A stretch of DNA of 64,000 nt. It comes from Myxococcota bacterium. GTDB taxonomy: Bacteria > Myxococcota_A > UBA796 > UBA2385. Below, piece after piece: positions 38,451-47,929 of this stretch. Location: assembly GCA_044344255.1 (NCBI GenBank), contig JBIJDH010000001.1, positions 64,001 to 128,000 on the forward strand. The letters are read 5' to 3'. Position 1 is the stretch's first letter. Each line of letters starts with the position of its first letter. The notes under the pieces were generated by a model. The model did no database searches. It was given only the letters and a program-made list of their open reading frames with translations, and had not been told where the DNA came from. A program made the position numbers and the translations under genes.

Positions 38451-40040
38451 GTGGCGATCGGCCAGGCCCTGGCTGACCCACCCGCGGTGATGGTCTCGGT
38501 AGATCCACTCATCTGGGCGGATGGCGCCGCGACCCCCTCCGCGGGCTCGACGTGGGGGCCCCTCATCGCCAGCCAGGCGCGCCCGATCGAGCGCCTCACC
38601 CTGCCGGGCGGCCTGCGCCTGCCCCTCGCGATCAACGCCCACACCGGCGGCCTCTCGGACTGGCCAGCCCGCCTCGTCTACGGGCTCACGGGGTCCGCAG
38701 GGGCGGTGAGGGCGCTGAACATCGCGCTCGGCGCCCTGCTCATCGTCCTCGTCCACCGCTTCCTCGCCCGCTCCGCCTCCGCGGTGGCGGCCGGCGTGGC
38801 CGCCGTGTTCCTCGCCACGGACTGGGCCTTCTTGTTCTACAAGCAGGTGCTCGGTGGCACGGAGCTCACCCTCCAGCTGGCCGGGCTGCTGTGCCTCTTG
38901 GGGCTTTGGAGGCGACGGTGGGCGGGTGGGCGCCACGGGCTCCTGCTCCTGGGGTTCGGCTTGGGGTTGGGAGTACAAGCGAAGCTCACCTTCGTCCTCA
39001 GCTTCGCCGCGCTGGCCCTCGCCGCGCTCGCGCTCCGCCGGGATCGACCCGCGACGCAGCCCCCGCTCCCCTCCCCCAAGGCCGCGCCGCTGCTGGCGCT
39101 GCTCTGCTGGACCGCGCCGCTGTGGTTGACCTGGATCCACCACAGGCTGGGGGTGCCCGCCTCGCCGCACGTGAACAGCCACGACTTCGCCGGGATGCAG
39201 GTGGGCCGCGTCACGGCCGCGCTCACCGGAGCGGCGACCCCGACCCGGGAGGGGCTCGAAAACCTGTTCGCGTGGGCGATCTCTCCCCTCCCCTTCTTCG
39301 CGCGAGCGTATGGTGCCACCGGGGCGCCAGCGGTCTCGATCGGGCGGATCATCGGTTGGGCCCTGCTCTTCGCAGGGGTCGGCTTCGCCTGGGTCGACCG
39401 CCACCCGACACCGAGACAGGCCCTCCTCCGCCTCACCAGCCTCACCCTCCTGCTCCAGGTGGGCCTCCTGTGGCTCGTGGCCCGCGATCTCCACCACCTC
39501 GCGATGGCCGAGCCCACCCTGGCCTTGGTCGTGGGGCTGTCCACCGCCGAGCTCGCCGCCCGCTTCGGCCCGCAGCGGAGCTTCGTGGTCACCGCGGTCG
39601 CGGCCCTGCTCTGCGCCCCATGGGCGATCTCCGGCATCGACACCCTACGGCGCACCGATCCCGTGCTCTCCACCATCTCCGTGCCCACCTTCACCGCCGC
39701 CGGGCAGGCGGCCCTGGTGGAGATGGTGCGGGGCGCAGGCGTCGAGCGGCTCACCCTCTGCAATTACGAGGCCATGGGCGTCTTCGAGCTCATGATCCCC
39801 GAGATCGCCGTACAAAACGCCTGGGGAGCCGCCTCCCGCGCCGAGGCCGACCTGCTCCCGCACCTCCTCCGCGTCGCCGTCGGCGGCCACCTGCTGATCG
39901 TCCGCAGCAGCGCGCCGATGATCTACGACCGGCACCCCCGAGCGGCCGATCTGCGGCGGGCGGCGGTGTCCGAGGGGCTCACGGTCGAGCCCGTCGCGGC
40001 CCTCCCCGACGGGGCGGCCGAGCTCTACGCGATCCGCTGA
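38451..40040 (+). CDS. GT-C fold (PMT/ArnT-like) membrane glycosyltransferase; true start probably upstream
   Basis: Polytopic; INAHTGG, AVRALNI, GLGLGVQAKLTF motifs. Confidence 0.65.
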   Translation: MAIGQALADPPAVMVSVDPLIWADGAATPSAGSTWGPLIASQARPIERLTLPGGLRLPLAINAHTGGLSDWPARLVYGLTGSAGAVRALNIALGALLIVLVHRFLARSASAVAAGVAAVFLATDWAFLFYKQVLGGTELTLQLAGLLCLLGLWRRRWAGGRHGLLLLGFGLGLGVQAKLTFVLSFAALALAALALRRDRPATQPPLPSPKAAPLLALLCWTAPLWLTWIHHRLGVPASPHVNSHDFAGMQVGRVTAALTGAATPTREGLENLFAWAISPLPFFARAYGATGAPAVSIGRIIGWALLFAGVGFAWVDRHPTPRQALLRLTSLTLLLQVGLLWLVARDLHHLAMAEPTLALVVGLSTAELAARFGPQRSFVVTAVAALLCAPWAISGIDTLRRTDPVLSTISVPTFTAAGQAALVEMVRGAGVERLTLCNYEAMGVFELMIPEIAVQNAWGAASRAEADLLPHLLRVAVGGHLLIVRSSAPMIYDRHPRAADLRRAAVSEGLTVEPVAALPDGAAELYAIR

Positions 40041-40055
40041 CCGGAGCCCAGCCCC

Positions 40056-41072
40056 TCAGCGAGCCGCCAGCGACTGGCCGAGCAGGGCGTCGAGGCGGGC
40101 CCGATCGGCCTGGAAGGCGGGAGACTGCGAGGCCTCGAACTTCCGGCGAACGGCGCCGTGGTAGTCGATGGGGTCGACCACCTTGCCGCCGACCTCCACC
40201 TGGTAGTGCAGGTGGGGGCCCATCGAGTGGCCGGTGTTGCCCGACAGCGCCAGCACCTGGTTGGGCGCGACGCGGGTGCCGACGTCGACCTTGTTCTCCG
40301 AGAGGTGGAGGAACTTCGCGACCGCCCCGTCGTCGAACTGGACCTCGACACAGTTGCCGTTGGAGGCCCAATTCCAGTTCACGCGGGTGACCACGCCGGC
40401 CTTGGGAGAGACGACCTCGGTGCCCACCGGCGTCTTGAAGTCCATGCCCTTGTGGGTGGGGCGGTCTCGCAGGAGGCTGGTGATCTGCTCGTAGTCGATG
40501 AGCGGCGAGCTCTGGAGGCGGTAGGGCACCTCGGTGCCATCCTCCTGCCAGTAGGAGGGGTAGGCGTCGCCGGGGGCCTGCCAGCGGTAGGCGGTCAGCG
40601 TGCGGCCGAGCTTGGAGGAGTGCAAGCGAGCAGCGGCGATCTCGTAGATGCCGTCCGCGTTCTTGTGCCAGGCGACCTCCATGTGGTCGCCCTTCATCAC
40701 GTCGCGGCGGAGCTCCATGTCCCAGACGAAGAGGCGCGAGAAGACCGCGCTCAGGGCGTCGCCGTCTTCGCCGACCGCGCCGCGGAAGGTGGCGGCCAGG
40801 GTGCCCGAGACCTCACCGCTGGTCACGGTCCAGTCCCCGGGCATCGGCGCCACGGCAGGGGCAGCGGGCAGCGCGGGGGGCGGCGCGGCCCCCTCGGCGG
40901 GGTTGGGCGAGGCGGTCTCGAGGGAGGGGGCGACGTCCGCCTCGGCCGCGGGTGCCGAACCGGCCGCCGGGCCCTCGTCGAGCACCATGACCACGTTGAG
41001 GAGGAGCGAGCAGCCGAGGAGTCCGTAGAGCAGCCAGGGCTTACCGTAGGGGGGATCGAATCGGAAAGCCAT
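40056..41072 (-). CDS. M23-family metallopeptidase
   Basis: HKGMDF, FLHLS, GNTGHSMGPHLHY; N-terminal TM. Confidence 0.9.
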   Translation of the reverse strand: MAFRFDPPYGKPWLLYGLLGCSLLLNVVMVLDEGPAAGSAPAAEADVAPSLETASPNPAEGAAPPPALPAAPAVAPMPGDWTVTSGEVSGTLAATFRGAVGEDGDALSAVFSRLFVWDMELRRDVMKGDHMEVAWHKNADGIYEIAAARLHSSKLGRTLTAYRWQAPGDAYPSYWQEDGTEVPYRLQSSPLIDYEQITSLLRDRPTHKGMDFKTPVGTEVVSPKAGVVTRVNWNWASNGNCVEVQFDDGAVAKFLHLSENKVDVGTRVAPNQVLALSGNTGHSMGPHLHYQVEVGGKVVDPIDYHGAVRRKFEASQSPAFQADRARLDALLGQSLAAR

Positions 41073-41146
41073 CCGGGGGACCTCGATTGGGAGCCCAAGT
41101 CTGGCCCGTCCCCTCCAACCTGTCAAGGTGGACCCTCGAAATCACA

Positions 41147-42385
41147 TCAAGGGAGCTTCGCGCCCGGGAGCCCACCCGTGAGCCGAGCGCCGTCTCCGGC
41201 CTGGAGGTCCATCCGATAGAGGTTCCAGCTGCGATCTCGCCGCGCGCCCACGCGGCGGAGGACGTGGTGGAGGGCGTGGGCCTCCTCTCCCGTCCAGGAG
41301 ACGTCGATCACCCGCACCCCGCGGGCCAGCGCCCGGCGCGCGGTCTCGGCGAGGAGCAGGAGCTCGAGGCTGCGCATTCGATAGTCCGGCAGCACCGCGA
41401 TGTTCTGGAGGCGCAGCGTGGTGCTGTGCGGGCAGCCGACGAGCAGGCGCAGCCAGGCGGTGGGCAAGAGGCGCCCGTCCCGCGGCAGGAGGGGGGTCAC
41501 GTCGGGGAGGGTGATCGCGCAGCCCACCGGGCGGCCCTCATGCTCGACGAAGAGCAGCAAGTCATCGATGGCGACGCGGCCCAGATCGTAAGCGAAGGCG
41601 GCGAGGCTGCGGTGGCTCAGCGGGGAGTGCCCCCACTGATCGGCGCGGGAGGCGTTGAGCAGGGCGTGCCAGTGGACGAGGTCGTCCTCCCGACGCCGGC
41701 CGCATGCCGATCGCACCGTGAAGCCGTCCCGCTCCACCAGCCGCTCAGCCTGCGAGAGGACCTGCAGCAGGCGCGGATCGGCGAGCCCCTGGCGCAGATC
41801 CCACCGCCAGCCGACGAGCTCACGAGCCGGCTGAAAGCCGAGGCCCTCCAGCAGGGGACCGTGGGTCGGTGGGTTGTAGGCGGTGCCGAAGACCGGCGGA
41901 CGATCGAAGCCCGACACCAGCGTGCCCGCCACATGATCGAGCGAGAAGCTCACCGGGCCGAAGAGCTCGAGGGCGCCCTGCTCGCGGAGCCAGCCGCCCG
42001 CCGCGGCGAAGAGGGCCTCGGCTGCCGCCGCGTCCTCCGCCTCGAAGAAGCCGAACCAGGCCGCGCCCTTCCCCTGGGCGCGATCGAAGGCGCGATCGAT
42101 CTGCACGGTGACCCGCCCGACCAGCCGCCCCCGCCGCTCGGCGATGAGGGCGATGAGCTCGATGTCTTCGAGGGCCGGGTTGCGATCTGGATCGAGGAAG
42201 AAGTGGCTGTCGCGGCGGAGCGGGGGCACAAAGCGAGGGTCCGCCGCGTAGAGCGCCGGGGGCACCGCCATAAAGCGCCGCCGATCGGCGCGGCGGCGCA
42301 GATCGACGCGGGTCACGCGCAAGGGCCCCTCCGCCTGCAGGGCAGCGGTGGCTTCAGGGTGGGCGCGGAGGGCGGCCAGGGGCAT
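41147..42385 (-). CDS. Tandem GNAT N-acyltransferase (YghO/bCerS-like)
   Basis: LY..DP.FVPPL, GR..VQID, FGFFEAED, GP.SFS, GFD.PP...YNP. Confidence 0.75.
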   Translation of the reverse strand: MPLAALRAHPEATAALQAEGPLRVTRVDLRRRADRRRFMAVPPALYAADPRFVPPLRRDSHFFLDPDRNPALEDIELIALIAERRGRLVGRVTVQIDRAFDRAQGKGAAWFGFFEAEDAAAAEALFAAAGGWLREQGALELFGPVSFSLDHVAGTLVSGFDRPPVFGTAYNPPTHGPLLEGLGFQPARELVGWRWDLRQGLADPRLLQVLSQAERLVERDGFTVRSACGRRREDDLVHWHALLNASRADQWGHSPLSHRSLAAFAYDLGRVAIDDLLLFVEHEGRPVGCAITLPDVTPLLPRDGRLLPTAWLRLLVGCPHSTTLRLQNIAVLPDYRMRSLELLLLAETARRALARGVRVIDVSWTGEEAHALHHVLRRVGARRDRSWNLYRMDLQAGDGARLTGGLPGAKLP

Positions 42386-42443
42386 CCCCGCACCCTACCC
42401 GAACCGATCGACGCCGCCACGCGAGGCGGCGCGGCCCTCGGGC

Positions 42444-43133
42444 TCAGGGTGCGCCGAAGAGGGGCACCTGGCGCTCCTCCACCGGGAGGTATCGCTCGGG
42501 GGAGCCCGCCACCGGACGCCCATCCAGCCAGCCGCGGATGTAGGACAGCACCTGCGCGCGATGCTCCATGTCGCCGACGTAGTCGAGCTCCGCGGTGTTG
42601 AGCACGTAGATCGGCGCCCCCTCGAAGCCCGACCAGAGCCGATAGTACCGCGCTCGGAGAGACTCGAGGTACTCGGCCGAGATCACCTGCTCCGCCGCGA
42701 TGCCACGCCGGCCGATCCGTCCGCGGATCACCTCGGTGGGGGCGTCGAGGAAGAGGATGAAGTCCGGCCGCGGGATGGTGCCGGACAGCAAGCGCGCGAA
42801 CCGATCGTAGAGGTCGAGCTCGTCTCCCACGAGGGTCTCCTCGGCGAAGAGGCGATCCTTGGCGAAGATGTAGTCCGACACGATGACCTCGTTGAAGAGG
42901 TCGACCTGCTGGAGCTGCTGCTGCTGGGCGAAGCGGCTGGCCAGGTAGAACATCTGGGCGGGGAAGGCGTACCGATCGCGGTCCGAGTAGAAGGCCGCCA
43001 GGAAGGGATTGTCATCCCACGGCTCGAGCACCAGCCGGGCCCCCCAGTCGGCCTCCAGGATGCGGCAGAGGGAGGTCTTCCCGACGCCGATCAGCCCCTC
43101 GATGACGATGAACTTGGGGCGAAAGGGCGACAC
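42444..43133 (-). CDS. Deoxynucleoside kinase
   Basis: IEGLIGVGKT, EP.DDNPFL..FY, Q..YL.SR, RI.RRG...E. Confidence 0.9.
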   Translation of the reverse strand: MSPFRPKFIVIEGLIGVGKTSLCRILEADWGARLVLEPWDDNPFLAAFYSDRDRYAFPAQMFYLASRFAQQQQLQQVDLFNEVIVSDYIFAKDRLFAEETLVGDELDLYDRFARLLSGTIPRPDFILFLDAPTEVIRGRIGRRGIAAEQVISAEYLESLRARYYRLWSGFEGAPIYVLNTAELDYVGDMEHRAQVLSYIRGWLDGRPVAGSPERYLPVEERQVPLFGAP

Positions 43134-43176
43134 AGGGAGCCTCCAAGCGTGGGCCTTCGGGCCGCGCCGACGCTCC

Positions 43177-44715
43177 CTAATCCGATCCCCCCGGCCCTCG
43201 CCCCCCTGTCCCGTGCTCCAGGGACCGACATCCTTCAACCTCAGCGTGCGCCGACTGCACGGCGAGGTGCGGAGTCGTCCCGATCGGACGCCCGTCTTGG
43301 CACGGCCTCGGCGCGAGATCGGGCCCCGCTCTCCACACCTTCCTCCACACCGCCAGCGGGCCGGAGCCCCGGTAGACCGCCTCCCAGCCGGACCGATCCA
43401 CCGTGAGCGGCGGCCCCTCGCCCACGAACCAGCACAGCCAGTCCGCCTCGCTGCCATCGGGATCGTGGCGCGGGAGGCGGGCGTAGAGGCCGATGTCTTG
43501 GTACACGCCGCCAAGCAGTGCCGATCCGGGCGCCGCGGCCCCCGCGATCCATCCCGCCACCTCGGCGAAGTGCTCGGCGCGCGCACGCTCGGCGCGCCAG
43601 CCCCCGATCGCCTCGGGCCAGCGCATCAGGGCCGGGGAGGCGCCCGCCAGCACCAGCAGGACGACGAGGCGCCGCCTCCAGCCGCTCGCACCCGCGCCCG
43701 CCGCGGCCACGGCCAGCGCGAGCGGCAAGAGCAGCAGGACGTGGCGCCGTTGGGACCAGATCACCAGCGCCGGGGCCGCCGCGAGTAAGGGCAGCCAGGC
43801 CCCGAGGAGCCGGCCGCGGGGAGCGGCGACCGCCACCGCGACGAGGATGATCAGGAGCCCATCTCCGGAGAGCGAGAGCGCCCGCCGAGCGTGCCAGGCG
43901 AGCTGCCCCACACGATCCCCGCCCTCCACCAGGGCGAGGTAGGCCGCACGATCGCCCCGATGAAGCTCGCGGAGGAAGGGGAGCGACTCTGGGCCGGTCG
44001 CCTGAAAGACCGCCAGGGCGCCGCTCGACCGATCCGACCAGGGCTGCGCCCAAGGCCAAGGCCCTCCGCCGAAGGCGAGCGGGCCGACACAGAGGAGGAC
44101 GGTGAGCAGGCCGAGGGCGCCGAAGCGCCGCGCGTGAAGGAGGAGCGCGCCCGCGACGACCGCCAGCGGGAGCCCGTGCTCTCGCACCAGGGGCAGCAAG
44201 CCCGCCACCCCGGCCGCGATCAAGGCGGCCCGAGCGGATGTCCGGGCCTGGAAGAGCGCGCCGGCCAGCAGGACAGTGAGCAGGGCCGCGAGGCTGTCGG
44301 GCTGCACCTGCTGGGCCCAGGCCGCCACGTCGGGCGAGAGGAGGGCCAGGACCGCGCCGAGCCCCGCAGCCGCTGGGGAAGCGCCCCCTCGGCGGGCCAA
44401 CCAGAAGACCGCCGGCGGCACCCCAGCGGCGGCCACCATCGACACCGACACCGCCGCCGGAACGAGCGGGAGCCCGAGGGCGATCAGCGCCGCGACGAGG
44501 GCGGGGTAGCCGGGCGGCACCAGCGGCGGCGCCCCCACGAGGAGATCACGCGCAGTGAGGCCCCAGAGCGGCGCGTCGGTGCCGAGGGCCCCCCACAGGC
44601 CCGCGCCCAGCCGGAGCAGGGCGTGGGCCGCGAGCGCGCAGCCCCCGAGCGCGACGAGGCGCACCCACGGGATGAACGGAGGCTCAGCGACGACGGGGGT
44701 GAGGCTGCCCTGCAC
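43177..44715 (-). CDS. Polytopic membrane protein, GT-C glycosyltransferase-like
   Basis: PPGYPAL, QPDSL, LVREHG motifs, many TM helices. Confidence 0.6.
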   Translation of the reverse strand: MQGSLTPVVAEPPFIPWVRLVALGGCALAAHALLRLGAGLWGALGTDAPLWGLTARDLLVGAPPLVPPGYPALVAALIALGLPLVPAAVSVSMVAAAGVPPAVFWLARRGGASPAAAGLGAVLALLSPDVAAWAQQVQPDSLAALLTVLLAGALFQARTSARAALIAAGVAGLLPLVREHGLPLAVVAGALLLHARRFGALGLLTVLLCVGPLAFGGGPWPWAQPWSDRSSGALAVFQATGPESLPFLRELHRGDRAAYLALVEGGDRVGQLAWHARRALSLSGDGLLIILVAVAVAAPRGRLLGAWLPLLAAAPALVIWSQRRHVLLLLPLALAVAAAGAGASGWRRRLVVLLVLAGASPALMRWPEAIGGWRAERARAEHFAEVAGWIAGAAAPGSALLGGVYQDIGLYARLPRHDPDGSEADWLCWFVGEGPPLTVDRSGWEAVYRGSGPLAVWRKVWRAGPDLAPRPCQDGRPIGTTPHLAVQSAHAEVEGCRSLEHGTGGRGPGGSD

Positions 44716-44748
44716 GTTCGGACGCGCCTCACGGCCGCCCGACGGGCC

Positions 44749-45543
44749 TCACTTGCCCTTCTTCTTGGTGCCCTTCTTGGCCGCGGTCGTCGTCGGCCCG
44801 TCGAGGTCTTCCACCTCCATGTCCTCCTCGGGCTCCGCGCGGGTGGCCGTGCTGGTCCGCGTGGAGGTCGTGGTGGTGGTCGTGGTGCCCGCCGACGCCG
44901 CCGAGGCCGTGCGCGAGGTGCCCCCCGTCGTGGTCGCGGTCGATCCGCTGGTCCCCGTCGAAGTGGTGCCGGCGGTGCGACTCGACGCGGTGCGGGAGCT
45001 GCCGCCGGAGGAGGTGGAGGTCGAGCCGGACGAGGTGCTGGTGCGAGACGAACCCTGGCCCGTACTGGCCGTCGCCGACCGTGAGCTCCCGGTGCTCCCG
45101 GAGCTCCCGGAGGCGGTCTTCGCCGAGCGGCCGGAGGAGGCCGCGCTCGCGGCGGCGGGCGCCTCCTTCTCGGGGGCCTTCTCCGCGGGGGGCTCGGCGG
45201 CGGCCGTGGTCGCCTCGGCGGCGGCGGGGTCGGCAGCGGCGGGGTCTACGGCCGCGGGGTCTGCTTCGGCCGCCTGCTCCGGAGCCGGCGCTTCGACGGC
45301 GGGGGCGGCCTCGGCCGCGGGCTCCTCCGGTGCGACCTCCTCTTCTTCCTCCCCGCCCTCCTCGGCTCCACCGGCGGAGCCGGGCACGCTCACGCCCTGC
45401 TCCTCCAGCCAGGCCGTCAGCGCGGCGTCCCCCTGAGAGTAGAGGAAGTACCCCACGCCTGCGGCGCCGACGCCCGCGCAGCCGAGGATCATGATGAGCC
45501 CAGCACACCCACCGATCGCGATCTTTACGCCCTTGCTCGCCAC
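44749..45543 (-). CDS. Single-TM low-complexity protein (Ala/Glu/Pro, then Ser/Thr, basic tail)
   Basis: GGAGG RBS plus GTG; TM IAIGGCAGLIMILGCAGVG; long S/T tract. Confidence 0.65.
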   Translation of the reverse strand: MASKGVKIAIGGCAGLIMILGCAGVGAAGVGYFLYSQGDAALTAWLEEQGVSVPGSAGGAEEGGEEEEEVAPEEPAAEAAPAVEAPAPEQAAEADPAAVDPAAADPAAAEATTAAAEPPAEKAPEKEAPAAASAASSGRSAKTASGSSGSTGSSRSATASTGQGSSRTSTSSGSTSTSSGGSSRTASSRTAGTTSTGTSGSTATTTGGTSRTASAASAGTTTTTTTSTRTSTATRAEPEEDMEVEDLDGPTTTAAKKGTKKKGK

Positions 45544-45649
45544 GAGAACCTCCAACGCGCAGGAGCGCGCCAACACGACCAGCGGTTATCCCCGCCCTCC
45601 ACAAGAGGGTAGGTCACCGGTCTGCCCTTGGGACGCCCCAAAGACGTCG

Positions 45650-46549
45650 TCAGGGGCCAGTATCTTCATAGAAGTAGGCGGAAACCGCGTCGTACTCGAA
45701 GTTCACCGAGATGTCGTGACACACCCCGCCTTCGTCGGGCCAGAGGTCGGCGCTGGCGTCCAGCAGCGACTGCATGATGCCCGCCAGGGCCGCGTCCACG
45801 TTGTTGGTCTCGGCGACGTCGACGAGCGCGTCGATGTTCGTCCCTCCCCCCATGACACCCGAGGCGTTCTCGGCGTCCTCCAGGTTTACGCGGAAGGCGC
45901 CCCCCTGCACCTTGAAGTCGACGTTGACGTCAAAGACGGTGAGGGGGATTGAGAGCTCGAGGGGCGCCGCGATCAGGACCCCGTCCACGATGCTGGCCTG
46001 ACCGACATGGACGGCGGGGATGGAGAGGTCGCGATCGAAGGTCTGGCCGGAGAGGATGAGCCCATCCGTGCCGAGCATCGGGGTGCCGGTGCCGCGGAGC
46101 ACCGTGAAGTCTACGCAGTCGTCGTTGATGAGGTCGTCCACGCCGGTGATCTGGTACATGATCAGCAGGTTGCCGGCCTCGATGCTCGACTGGATCAGCC
46201 CTTCGATCGCGGCCGCTTCGGTGAGGTCGAGGGCGGGCTGCACCCGCGCCCAGCCGTTGTCGATGCCGGTGTTGCCATCGGGGTCGACATAGTCGGTGAT
46301 GCCACAGCCGAGGGCGTCACTCTCGGCGCTGACCGAGCCGTCGAGGTCGAAGCCGTCCGAGACCCCATCGGCGTCGGCGCGCACGAAGGCGAGGGTGCGG
46401 AGCAGGCCCACCACCGGCTCGCCGCCCTCGCAGGTGCCCGCCGCGCTCCCCTCCGCAGGATCGCCCGGCTCATCTTCAGCGCGACAGCCGGCCTGGAGCG
46501 CGACGAGGAACGCCACCAGCGGGAGGGTCGTAAGGGGGGGGATGCGCAT
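45650..46549 (-). CDS. Hypothetical lipoprotein downstream of DUF1552
   Basis: RBS AGGAG; LQAGC lipobox; GFDLDG...C...D...GIDN. Confidence 0.75.
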   Translation of the reverse strand: MRIPPLTTLPLVAFLVALQAGCRAEDEPGDPAEGSAAGTCEGGEPVVGLLRTLAFVRADADGVSDGFDLDGSVSAESDALGCGITDYVDPDGNTGIDNGWARVQPALDLTEAAAIEGLIQSSIEAGNLLIMYQITGVDDLINDDCVDFTVLRGTGTPMLGTDGLILSGQTFDRDLSIPAVHVGQASIVDGVLIAAPLELSIPLTVFDVNVDFKVQGGAFRVNLEDAENASGVMGGGTNIDALVDVAETNNVDAALAGIMQSLLDASADLWPDEGGVCHDISVNFEYDAVSAYFYEDTGP

Positions 46550-46596
46550 GGGGCGGTCACTCCTGCGGGGGCGGGCAGGCGCCCCCCAACTCGAGA

Positions 46597-47928
46597 TCAC
46601 GCTTCGATGTCGGCGAGGCCGTCGGTGACGTAGCCTTCGTCCTGACCGAAGTCGCTGGCGGTGATGTCCATCGAGCGGATGAGGGTGAGGAGCACCTTGC
46701 TCACGTTCTCGGAGGTGTAGGAGCGGTAGTGGAGCCCGGTCCGCAGCGCCCCACAGGCGCTGCCTCCGATGAGGATGGGCATGTCCTCTCCGGAGTGGGT
46801 CTGGCCCTTCGAGACGTCCGTCGTGCCGAGCACGGCGCAATTGTCGAGCAAGGTGCCGTCCGCCTCCGGGACGGCGTCCATCGCGCCGAGGAGGTAGGCG
46901 TACTCTTCCACGCAGAGGCTCGTGATGGCGTGGACCTCGGGCTGATCTCCCGGCTCGTCATGGGTGAGGTTGTGGTGCCCCGCGCTCGCCCCCGGGAAGA
47001 GCACGTTGGACACCGGATCCGTCAGGTAGTGGCTCACCACCCGCGTCTGGTCACAGGCCAGGGCCATCACGAGGAGGTCACACATCGCGCGGCTGACCGC
47101 GGAGATCTGCGGCCGGCCGTCAATGTCGGGGTACTCGGCCAGCGGCTCGCTGGGGCGGGTGCAGGCCTCGAGGTTGGGCGGGTCCTCCTGCAGGCGGGCG
47201 AGCCGCTGCTCGAGATCGCGGATGCCATCGAGGTGCTGGTCAAGGCGGGCCGCGTCCGCTGCCCCGACCCGCTTGCGGAGGGCGGCGGTGTCAGCCATCA
47301 CGGCGTCGAGCACGCTCTGCCGGAGGCCGAGGCGGGGATCGACCACGCCCTCTTCACCGGGCTCCCGGAAGGTGGAGCCGAAGATGAGCTCATAGAGCGC
47401 GTACGGCGAGGTCTCTGGCGGGTTCTTGCTGCTCGGGCCGTTGTACGACATCCCCGAGTTGTTGGTGGCCCCGGTCTGGATCGAGCGGAAGATGGAGTCG
47501 TCACCGAGCTCGGCGGCGATCACCTGATCGATCGAGGGGGCCATGAAGGTGAAGTCGGTGCCCACCGCCTGAAGCGGCGCGCCGGAGAGCATGCCTGCGG
47601 CGGTGGCGAGGTGGGCCTCCGTGTTGGGCACCTTGACGGCCATTCCGCTGACGACGGAGAGCTTGTGCTTGATGGCGGCGAGGCTGGCGAGCTCCGTGGA
47701 CAGGCTCCACTCGTCGCCCTCCCCCTCGCCAGTGGGCACCCAGTAGTTCGGGTTGTTCCCGTTGCCCCAGTAGAAGAGCGCGAAGCGCCGGGGGATGGCC
47801 CCGCCGCAGGCGTAGGCCGTGCCACTGCTGTTGAAGAAGGCCTCGAGCGGCGGCAGGGCCACCGAGACGAGGCTGCCGCGGAGGAAGCCGCGGAGGAGGT
47901 GTCGGCGGTTGATCGGCGCGCGGGCCAT
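46597..47928 (-). CDS. DUF1552 Tat-exported protein
   Basis: INRRHLLRG...LPPLEAF, SIDQ.IA, RQSVLD, ALACDQTRV. Confidence 0.9.
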   Translation of the reverse strand: MARAPINRRHLLRGFLRGSLVSVALPPLEAFFNSSGTAYACGGAIPRRFALFYWGNGNNPNYWVPTGEGEGDEWSLSTELASLAAIKHKLSVVSGMAVKVPNTEAHLATAAGMLSGAPLQAVGTDFTFMAPSIDQVIAAELGDDSIFRSIQTGATNNSGMSYNGPSSKNPPETSPYALYELIFGSTFREPGEEGVVDPRLGLRQSVLDAVMADTAALRKRVGAADAARLDQHLDGIRDLEQRLARLQEDPPNLEACTRPSEPLAEYPDIDGRPQISAVSRAMCDLLVMALACDQTRVVSHYLTDPVSNVLFPGASAGHHNLTHDEPGDQPEVHAITSLCVEEYAYLLGAMDAVPEADGTLLDNCAVLGTTDVSKGQTHSGEDMPILIGGSACGALRTGLHYRSYTSENVSKVLLTLIRSMDITASDFGQDEGYVTDGLADIEA

Positions 47929-47929
47929 C

